DNA from: Laetmonice hystrix
Lineage: Eukaryota
NCBI GenBank assembly: GCA_965235115.1
Contig: OZ249436.1
Coordinates: 28,832,001 to 28,896,000, forward strand
Reading direction: 5' to 3'
DNA: 64,000 nucleotides
Under the pieces are notes generated by a model that did no database searches, had not been told where the DNA came from, and was given only the letters and a program-made list of their open reading frames with translations. Position numbers and translations under genes: made by a program. Positions 1 through 8,668 of this stretch are shown here, piece by piece; within the stretch, counting starts at the first letter, position 1, and every line of letters begins with the position of its first letter.

Positions 1-328
1 AGGTGACTGGGTGCTTTGAAAAAGCTTTGGGATCATCGGGAGCCATGTGGAACCGTCGGGAGGCATCGGAAGAACTGCGGAAAATTTCAATGCCTGCATT
101 AAATTTTTTCCTGATGTGGGGGCCGGGGAACAATAGGTGCCATCCGTTTCATCACTATATGGGGGTGAGGGTGGGGAAGGTGTTGGTTGTGTGGTCAGAG
201 GTAATGTCTGAGGGCCAGACAGCCATAGCATGTGGATTGGGAAGGGGATGAGATGTTGGCTAAGTGTTTGGAGGGAATGTCTGAGGACCAATCAGTCATG
301 TTAGGGATTGGAAAGGGGGATATTGGAT

Positions 329-583
329 TGGTTGGAGGTGGTAGTATAGAAGAAAACGAAAAATACCCCCAAAAAATTGCAAAAGAAAAAAATGAAACCG
401 CAGTTTGTGGGTGATGCATGTCGCAATACTGAGACATGTCTGCTGGGTGTTTATATCAGGGGTAATCTGATTTCGCTGTTCTGGTGAGTCACTGTGGGTG
501 GTTGGAGGTGGTAGTATAGAAGTAAAACGAAAAATACCCAAAAAAATCACAAAAGAAAAAAAATGAAAAAATGTTTGTGGGTG
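329..583 (+). repeat. Direct duplication of a ~85 bp A-tract block within the monomer (329-413 and 499-583)
   Basis: TGGTTGGAGGTGGTAGTATAGAAG(T)AAAACGAAAAATACCC...AAAAGAAAAAAATGAAA...GTTTGTGGGTG occurs twice, 170 bp apart, in each monomer. Confidence 0.92.
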
Positions 584-698
584 TTGACCCTTCAGATGAG
601 ATATCTGCACTGTGACACTACGCCACTCCTGCACACATGTCATTCTTGTCTTGTTGTAACTGAATGACTATAGTAAAAATCAACAATGATGAATTTGA

Positions 699-1330
699 GT
701 GAGTAGTTCGGGATAATGTTTTAAGGCCACTCGGCCATATCATGGGGATTGTGAAGGGATGAAGGTGTTGGCTGAGTGGTTAGGGGTAACGTCTGAGGGT
801 CAATCAGCCATATTATGGGGATTGGGAAATGGGGGTGTTGGCTGAATGCTTGAGGGGTAATGTCAGGAGGTCCGTCAGCCATATCAAGAAAGTTGAGAAG
901 AAGGGAGGTGTTGGGTGGGTGGTACGGGGTAATGTCTTAAGGCCACTCGGCCATTCCTGGGGGCTTAGGTCTTAGGGGTAAAGTCTGGGGGCCAGTGAGC
1001 CATATCATGGGGAGTGGGAAGGGAGATGTTGTTGTCTGAGATGTTGAGGGTAACGTCTGGTAACGTTGGTAATTTTGAGTCATTTTATCCTCATTTATTT
1101 TCATTATCATTCCCAGTGGGGCCCGGGGAACAATAGGCCCCATCCGTTTCAACACCCTATGGGTATGTGTGAGGGTGGAGAAGTTGTTGGCTGAGTGGTA
1201 CGGGGGAGGCCTGAGGGTCATTTGGCCATATCATCGGGGCTGGGAAGGGGGGGGGAAGGTGTTGGCTGATTGGTTAGGGGTAACGTCTGACTGCCAGCCA
1301 GCCATATCATGGGGTTTGGGGAATGGGAGG
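699..1330 (+). repeat. Degenerate G-rich ~70 bp subrepeat cluster within the monomer (about 7 copies here, plus about 2 at 179-320); repeated in every monomer
   Basis: Approximate consensus GGTGTTGGCTGAGTGGTTAGGGGTAA(C/T)GTCTGAGGGCCANTCAGCCATATCATGGGGATTGGGAAGGG. Copies begin near 179, 252, 699, 764, 834, 907, 968, 1183 and 1258. Confidence 0.9.
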
Positions 1331-1599
1331 CAGGGTCATGCTTACTTACAAAAACAGAAAGAGTTTACGATCACTCTCCATCTACATGGGCCAAAGGCCT
1401 ACAAGTACCTGCGAGAAAAAACTGACGTGGCATCTGAAGCACTCATGTTCATGGTAGTGGGAATGAAGGGCATCTGGAAGTCACCGACTGGATACTTATA
1501 ACACGGACACTCAAGCCTGACACTCAAAAAGTTCTTGTGGAACGTGCATTAAATATGCTTCATGAATGCAGTATCAGGGTTTTGTGCTTAACCATGGAT
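1328..1599 (+). pseudogene. P-element/THAP9-type transposase fragment (internally deleted, frameshifted), monomer 1; one copy in every monomer
   Basis: Translates to RQGHAYLQKQKEFTITLHLHGPKAYKYLREK / TDVASEALMFMVVGMKGIWKSPTGY / (frameshift) ITRTLKPDTQKVLVE(R/H)ALNMLHECSIRVLCLTMD. This resembles the P/THAP9 motifs FA(L/I)TLHxxSPKAYxY(L/V)R, A(S/T)EALVFMxVGxxGxWKxPIxY and IxVxxxTxD. Other copies start at about 3540, 6187, 8398, 10610, 12798, 15007, 17220, 19430, 21644, 23857, 26071, 28288, 30499, 32712, 34926, 37138, 39349, 41565, 43779, 45989, 48202, 50410, 52620, 54833, 57012, 59223, 61432 and 63640 (each ~270 bp). Confidence 0.85.
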
Positions 1600-1781
1600 A
1601 ATCAACAACCTTGTAAAGGGGCTGCTAAAAATGTCCATGTAAAAGGCTTGTTAGTAGATAGTACTGTTCATGTGACAGCCTTGCCTTGAAACCATTATGA
1701 TTTTGACATACGTTTTTTATATATTTTTTATACTTGTTTTACTTATAAATTATACGTGACAAACTAAGAAATAAGTTCCAT

Positions 1782-1898
1782 AGGAGATAAGACCTTAAAC
1801 AGGATCTGATTTGCTACATTAGTGAGGTATCCTGGCATGGTCAGCTCTGCCTCATGAACATATGGGTAAATTAGATCCTGTCTCAAGTTTTACCTCCT
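1782..1898. other. Long imperfect inverted repeat / fold-back hairpin (~117 nt), one per monomer
   Basis: Arm AGGAGATAAGACCTTAAACAGGATCTGATTTGCT (1782-1815) pairs with GGTAAATTAGATCCTGTCTCAAGTTTTACCTCCT (1865-1898) with 4 mismatches and 4 G-U pairs. Inner stems are TGAGGTA/TGCCTCA and CTGGC/GTCAG. Confidence 0.8.
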
Positions 1899-3539
1899 TA
1901 TTTGTTTAACAGCCCCCCCCCCGCCCAGTCTAAAAAAAGACGTTCCTGTTTTCTTGTTATTATTAAATGAGCAGCCTAAAAGGCCTAATCCAAAATTTCA
2001 CATATATGGAGCCCTTCTCTTTTGGGCAGGCACCGACTTCTGAAATTTTGGGAGCCTAACGTCACTTTTTTTTAACCGTTTTAACATAGCTTTGCTGGAC
2101 TACTATTTCAGCTTTTACATAGACCTAGTGAGGGCTTAGTCCCACTATGCATTTTTGGCCCTGGGGATGTTCTCCCAATGTAAACTGAAAAGCCTCCGGA
2201 GACTTCGGGAACAGGTGACTGGGTGCTTTGAAAAAGCTTTGGGATCATCGGTAGCCATGTGGAACCGTCGGGAGGCATCGGAAGAACTGCGGAAAATTTC
2301 AATGCCTGCATTAAATTTTTTCCTGATGTGGGGGCCGGGGAACAATAGGTGCCATCCGTTTCATCACTATATGGGGGTGAGGGTGGGGAAGGTGTTGGTT
2401 GTGTGGTCAGAGGTAATGTCTGAGGGCCAGACAGCCATAGCATGTGGATTGGGAAGGGGATGAGATGTTGGCTAAGTGTTTGGAGGGAATGTCTGAGGAC
2501 CAATCAGTCATGTTAGGGATTGGAAAGGGGGATATTGGATTGGTTGGAGGTGGTAGTATAGAAGAAAACGAAAAATACCCCCAAAAAATTGCAAAAGAAA
2601 AAAATGAAACCGCAGTTTGTGGGTGATGCATGTCGCAATACTGAGACATGTCTGCTGGGTGTTTATATCAGGGGTAATCTGATTTCGCTGTTCTGGTGAG
2701 TCACTGTGGGTGGTTGGAGGTGGTAGTATAGAAGTAAAACGAAAAATACCCAAAAAAATCACAAAAGAAAAAAAATGAAAAAATGTTTGTGGGTGTTGAC
2801 CCTTCAGATGAGATATCTGCACTGTGACACTACGCCACTCCTGCACACATGTCATTCTTGTCTTGTTGTAACTGAATGACTATAGTAAAAATCAACAATG
2901 ATGAATTTGAGTGAGTAGTTCGGGATAATGTTTTAAGGCCACTCGGCCATATCATGGGGATTGTGAAGGGATGAAGGTGTTGGCTGAGTGGTTAGGGGTA
3001 ACGTCTGAGGGTCAATCAGCCATATTATGGGGATTGGGAAATGGGGGTGTTGGCTGAATGCTTGAGGGGTAATGTCAGGAGGTCCGTCAGCCATATCAAG
3101 AAAGTTGAGAAGAAGGGAGGTGTTGGGTGGGTGGTACGGGGTAATGTCTTAAGGCCACTCGGCCATTCCTGGGGGCTTAGGTCTTAGGGGTAAAGTCTGG
3201 GGGCCAGTGAGCCATATCATGGGGAGTGGGAAGGGAGATGTTGTTGTCTGAGATGTTGAGGGTAACGTCTGGTAACGTTGGTAATTTTGAGTCATTTTAT
3301 CCTCATTTATTTTCATTATCATTCCCAGTGGGGCCCGGGGAACAATAGGCCCCATCCGTTTCAACACCCTATGGGTATGTGTGAGGGTGGAGAAGTTGTT
3401 GGCTGAGTGGTACGGGGGAGGCCTGAGGGTCATTTGGCCATATCATCGGGGCTGGGAAGGGGGGGGGGAGGTGTTGGCTGATTGGTTAGGGGTAACGTCT
3501 GACTGCCAGCCAGCCATATCATGGGGTTTGGGGAATGGG

Positions 3540-3811
3540 AGGCAGGGTCATGCTTACTTACAAGAACAGAAAGAGTTTACGATCACTCTCCATCTACATG
3601 GGCCAAAGGCCTACAAGTACCTGCGAGAAAAAACTGACGTGGCATCTGAAGCACTCATGTTCATGGTAGTGGGAATGAAGGGCATCTGGAAGTCACCGAC
3701 TGGATACTTATAACACGGACACTCAAGCCTGACACTCAAAAAGTTCTTGTGGAATGTGCATTAAATATGCTTCATGAATGCAGTATCAGGGTTTTGTGCT
3801 TAACCATGGAT
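3540..3811 (+). pseudogene. P-element/THAP9-type transposase fragment, monomer 2
   Basis: The C-terminal half of ORF 3381..3713 reads EQKEFTITLHLHGPKAYKYLREKTDVASEALMFMVVGMKGIWKSPTGY. The two pieces are in frame here and in monomer 1 (A6 run), and the similarity continues after a frameshift to ...IRVLCLTMD. Confidence 0.85.
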
Positions 3812-4273
3812 AATCAACAACCTTGTAAAGGGGCTGCTAAAAATGTCCATGTAAAAGGCTTGTTAGTAGATAGTACTGTTCATGTGACAGCCTTGCCTTG
3901 AAACCATTATGATTTTGACATACGTTTTTTATATATTTTTTATACTTGTTTTACTTATAAATTATACGTGACAAACTAAGAAATAAGTTCCATAAGACAT
4001 AAGACCTTAAACAGGATCTGATTTGCTACATTAGTGAGGTATCCTGGCATGGTCAGCTCTGCCTCATGAACATATGGGTAAATCAGATCCTGTCTCAAGT
4101 TTTACCTCCTTATTTGTTTAACAGCCCCCCCCCCCCGCCCAGTCTAAAAAAAGACGTTCCTGTTTTCTTGTTATTATTAAATGAGCAGCCTAAAAGGCCT
4201 AATCCAAAATTTCACATATATGGAGCCCTTCTCTTTTGGGCAGGCACCGACTTCTGAACTTTTGGGAGTCTAA

Positions 4274-4714
4274 GGCTGAGTTCACATAGGAGTATACGGT
4301 ATTCGCTATTCGGTATTCGCTATACGCTATACGGGCACGGCGAGTCCCGCCCGCCAGTGTCTTAATTCACGACATGAATTGAAAGGTGACCCCATGCCAC
4401 TCCCCTTGAACTGATTTCTTTGATATTTTCAGAGTCAATACCCCTATATATCGGCCCTTAGATCTGAAAATTTAGTTTAAAAATATCAAGAACTGTGTAA
4501 ATGCTGAACTTTTAAACACAGGCACCCCAAGGTATACGCTGCACTAAAATCAAACACGCACGATTCCCACTATACTATACTATACGCCTTTTCGAATAGT
4601 GCCCTCTGATGTGACCCGGTATTATAAGATCCTATTGTACGATTTAAGCTATTCGCGTGCCCTGCAAAACGTGCACCGTATACCCGTGCCGTATACTCCT
4701 ATGTGAACTCAGCC
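4274..4714. mobile_element. Non-autonomous MITE, PIF/Harbinger (Tourist-like) superfamily, 441 bp
   Basis: Perfect 26 bp TIRs: GGCTGAGTTCACATAGGAGTATACGG (4274-4299) and CCGTATACTCCTATGTGAACTCAGCC (4689-4714). Flanked by a TAA duplication (4271-4273 and 4715-4717). Sister monomers show the empty site GGGAGTC-TAA-CGTCAC. This monomer is ~444 bp longer than the others (441+3). No coding capacity. A TAA/TWA target duplication and GG(C)-starting TIRs are typical of PIF/Harbinger. Confidence 0.93.
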
Positions 4715-7700
4715 TAACGTCACTTTTTTAACCGTTTTAACATAGCTTTGCTGGACTACTATTTCAGCTTTTACATAGACCGAGTGAGGGCTTAGTCTCA
4801 CTAGGCATTTTTGTGGCCTTGGGATGTTCTCCCAATGTAAACTGAAAAGCCTCGGGAGACTTCGGGAACAGGTGACTGGGTGCTTTGAAAAAGCTTTGGG
4901 ATCATCGGGAGCCATGTGGAACCGTCGGGAGGCATCGGAAGAACTGCGGAAAATTTCAATGCCTGCATTAAATTTTTTCCTGATGTGGGGGCCGGGGAAC
5001 AATAGGTGCCATCCGTTTCATCACTATATGGGGGTGAGGGTGGGGAAGGTGTTGCTTGTGTGGTCAGAGGTAATGTCTGAGGGCCAGACAGCCATAGCAT
5101 GTGGATTGGGAAGGGGATGAGATGTTGGCTAAGTGTTTGGAGGGAATGTCTGATGACCAATCAGTCATGTTAGGGATTGGAAAGGGGGATATTGGATTGG
5201 TTGGAGGTGGTAGTATAGAAGAAAAACGAAAAATACCCCCAAAAAATCGCAAAAGAAAAAAATGAAACAACAGTTTGTGTGTGATGCATGTCGCAATACT
5301 GAGACATGTCTGCTGGGTGTTTATATCAGGGGTATTCTGATTTCGCTGTTCTGGTGAGTCACTGTGGGTGGTTGGAGGTGGTAGTATAAAAGAAAAACGA
5401 AAAATACCAAAAAAATCACAAAAGAAAAAAATGAAAAAATGTTTGTGGGTGTTGACCCTTCAGATGAGATATCTGCACTGTGACACTACGCCACTCCTGC
5501 ACACATGTCATTCTTGTCTTGTTGTAACTGAATGACTATAGTAAAAATCAATAATGATGAATTTGAATGAGTAGTTCGGGATAATGTTTTAAGGCCACTC
5601 GGCCATATCATGGAGATTGTGAAGGGATGAAGGTGTTGGCTGAGTGGTTAGGGGTAACGTCTGAGGGTCAATCAGCCATATTATAGGGATTGGGAAATGG
5701 GGGTGTTGGCTGAATGCTTGAGGGGTAGTGTCAGGAGGTCCGTCAGCCATATCATGAAAGTTGAGAAAAAGGGAGGTGTTGGGTGGGTGGTACGGGGTAA
5801 TGTCTTAAGGCCACTCGGCCATTCCTGGGGGCTTAGGTCTTAGGGGTAAAGTCTGGGGGCCAGTGAGCCATATCATGGGGAGTGGGAAGGGAGATGTTGT
5901 TGTCTGAGATGTTGAGGGTAACGTTGGTAATTTTGAGTCATTTTATCCTCATTTATTTTCATTATCATCCCCCGTGGGGCCCGGGGAACAATAGGCCCCA
6001 TCCGTTTCAACACCCTATGGGTATGTGTGAGGGTGGAGAAGTTGTTGGCTGAGTGGTACGGGGTAAGGCCTGAGGGTCATTTGGCCATATCATCGGGGCT
6101 GGGAAGGGGGGGGGAAGGTGTTGGCTGATTGGTTAGGGGTAACGTCTGACTGCCAGCCAGCCATATCATAGGGTTTGGGGAATGGGAGGCAGGGTCATGC
6201 TTACTTACAAGAACAGAAAGAGTTTACGATCACTCTCCATCTACATGGGCCAAAGGCCTACAAGTACCTGCGAGAAAAACTGACGTGACATCTGAAGCAC
6301 TCATGTTCATGGTAGTGGGAATGAAGGGCATCTGGAAGTCACCGACTGGATACTTATAACACGGACACTCAAGCCTGACACTCAAAAAGTTCTTGTGGAA
6401 CATGCATTAAATATGCTTCATGAATGCAGTATCAGCCTTTTGTGCTTAACCATGGATAGTCAACAACCTTGTAAAAGGGCTGCTAAAAATGTCCATGTAA
6501 AAGGTTTGTTAGTAGATAGTACTGTTCATGTGACAGCCTTGCCTTGAAACCATTATGATTTTGACATACGTTTTTTATATATTTTTTATACTTGTTTTAC
6601 TTATAAATTATACGTGACAAACTAAGAAATAAGTTCCATAGGAGATAAGACCTTAAACAGGATCTGATTTGCTACATTAGTGAGGTATCCTGGCATGGTC
6701 AGCTCTGCCTCATGAACATATGGGTAAATTAGATCCTGTCTCAAGTTTTACCTCCTTATTTGTTTAACAGGCCCCCCCCCCCGCCCAGTCTAAAAAAGAC
6801 GTTCCTGTTTTCTTGTTATTATAAAATGAGCAGCTTAAAAGGCCTCATCCAAAATTTCACATATATGGAGCCCTTCTCTTTTGGGCAGGCACCGACTTCT
6901 GAACTTTTGGGAGTCTAACGTCACTTTTTTAACCGTTTTAACATAGCTTTGCTGGGCTACTATTTCAGCTTTTACATAGACCTAGTGAGGGCTTAGTCCC
7001 ACTAGGCATTTTTTGGCCTTGGGATGTTCTCCCAATGTAAACTGAAAAGCCTCGGGAGACTTCGGGAACAGGTTACTGGGTGCTTTGAAAAAGCTTTGGG
7101 ATCATCGGGAGCCATGTGGAACCGTCGGGAGGCATCGGAAGAACTGCGGAAAATTTCAATGCCTGCATTAAATTTTTTCCTGATGTGGGTGCCGGGGAAC
7201 AATAGGTGCCATCCGTTTCATCACCATATGGGGGTGAGGGTGGGGAAGGTGTTGGTTGTGTGGTCAGAAGTAATGTCTGAGGGCCAGACAGCCATAGCAT
7301 GTGGATTGGGAAGGGGATGAGATGTTGGCTAAGTGTTTGGAGGGAATGTCTGAGGACCAATCAGTCATGTTAGGGATTGGAAAGGGGGATATTGGATTGG
7401 TTGGAGGTGGTAGTATAGAAGAAAAACGAAAAATACCCCCCAAAAAATCGCAAAAGAAAAAAATGAAACAACAGTTTGTGGGTGATGCATGTCGCAATAC
7501 TGAGACATGTCTGCTGGGTGTTTATATCAGGGGTAACCTGATTTCGCTGTTCTGGTGAGTCACTGTGGGTGGTTGGAGGTGGTAGTATAGAAGAAAAACG
7601 AAAAATACAAAAAAAATCACAAAAGAAAAAAATGAAAAAATGTTTGTGGGTGTTGACCCTTCAGATGAGATATCTGCACTGTGACACTACGCCACTCCTG

Positions 7701-8397
7701 CACACAATGTCATTCTTGTCTTGTTGTAACTGAATGACTATAGTAAAAATCAACAATGATGAATTTGAGTGAGTAGTTCGGGATAATGTTTTAAGGCCAC
7801 TCGGCCATATCATGGGGATTGTGAAGGGATGAAGGTGTTGGCTGAGTGGTTAGGGGTAACGTCTGAGGGTCAATCAGCCATATTATGGGGATTGGGAAAT
7901 GTGGGTGTTGGCTGAATGCTTGAGGGGTAATGTCAGGAGGTCCGTCAGCCATATCAAGAAAGTTGAGAAGAAGGGAGGTGTTGGGTGGGTGGTACGGGGT
8001 AATGTCTTAAGGCCACTCGGCCATTCCTGGGGGCTTAGGTCCCAGGGGTAAAGTCTGGGGGCCAGTGAGCCATATCATGGGGAGTGGGAAGGGAGATGTT
8101 GTTGTCTGAGATGTTGAGGGTAACGTCTGGTAACGTTGGTAATTTTGAGTCATTTTATCCTCATTTATTTTCATTATCATCCCCCGTGGGGCCCGGGGAA
8201 CAATAGGCCCCATCCGTTTCAACACCCTATGGGTATGTGTGAGGGTGGAGAAGTTGTTGGCTGAGTGGTACGGGGTAAGGCCTGAGGGTCATTTGGCCAT
8301 ATCATCGGGGCTGGGAAGGGGGGGGAAGGTGTTGGCTGATTGGTTAGGGGTAACGTCTGACTGCCAGCCAGCCATATCATGGGGTTTGGGGAATGGG

Positions 8398-8668
8398 AGG
8401 CAGGGTCATGCTTACTTACAAGAACAGAAAGAGTTTACGATCACTCTCCATCTACATGGGCCAAAGGCCTACAAGTACCTGCGAGAAAAACTGACGTGAC
8501 ATCTGAAGCACTCATGTTCATGGTAGTGGGAATGAAGGGCATCTGGAAGTCATGGACTGGATACTTATAACACGGACACTCAAGCCTGACACTCAAAAAG
8601 TTCTTGTGGAACATGCATTAAATATGCTTCATGAATGCAGTATCAGGGTTTTGTGCTTAACTATGGAT
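8398..8668 (+). pseudogene. P-element/THAP9-type transposase fragment, monomer 4 (three pieces in three ORFs)
   Basis: ORFs 8239..8499 (EFTITLHLHGPKAYKYLREK), 8379..8570 (TDVTSEALMFMVVGMKGIWK) and 8552..8758 (ITRTLKPDTQKVLVEHALNMLHECSIRVLCLTMD) carry consecutive transposase segments separated by two frameshifts. Confidence 0.85.

Noticed and set aside
281..320. Hammerhead-like core CTGA(G/T)GA-CCAATC...GATTG-GAAA
   Set aside because: Stem II register is off by one base relative to GAAA, and no stems I or III with an NUH cleavage site can be built. It is a degenerate subrepeat copy.
685..775. C/D box snoRNA (ATGATGA...CTGA)
   Set aside because: No terminal stem or recognisable guide. The D-box candidate is part of the subrepeat and is expected by chance.
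778..790. Telomeric TTAGGG motifs
   Set aside because: Isolated single occurrences inside subrepeats, never tandem.
3..1221. Short ORFs (60-119 aa) repeated in every monomer on both strands
   Set aside because: No recognisable domains. They overlap one another, run through subrepeats and homopolymers, and open or close freely between near-identical copies, which indicates no coding constraint.
699..1330. CRISPR-like repeat-spacer array
   Set aside because: Units are degenerate along their whole length, with no invariant repeat plus unique spacer, no cas genes, and a eukaryotic context.
1823..1832. let-7-like start TGAGGTA in the hairpin
   Set aside because: Only 7 nt match, and the rest does not resemble let-7.
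481..1912. Splice-like signals (G|GTGAGT at ~485; polypyrimidine-AG at ~1912)
   Set aside because: No coherent exon chain or ORF can be assembled from sequence alone. Transcript data would be needed.
1..2212. 5S rDNA, snRNA, tRNA or histone gene repeat suggested by the ~2.2 kb period
   Set aside because: I found no 5S, U1, U2, U6, tRNA cloverleaf or histone coding sequence on either strand. GGCCATATCA only superficially resembles the 5S 5' end.
4274..4280. MITE terminus GGCTGAG matching the subrepeat core TGGCTGAG...TCAGCC
   Set aside because: Only 6-7 bp of identity, and the subrepeats lack the rest of the TIR and any TAA duplication. Treated as coincidence.
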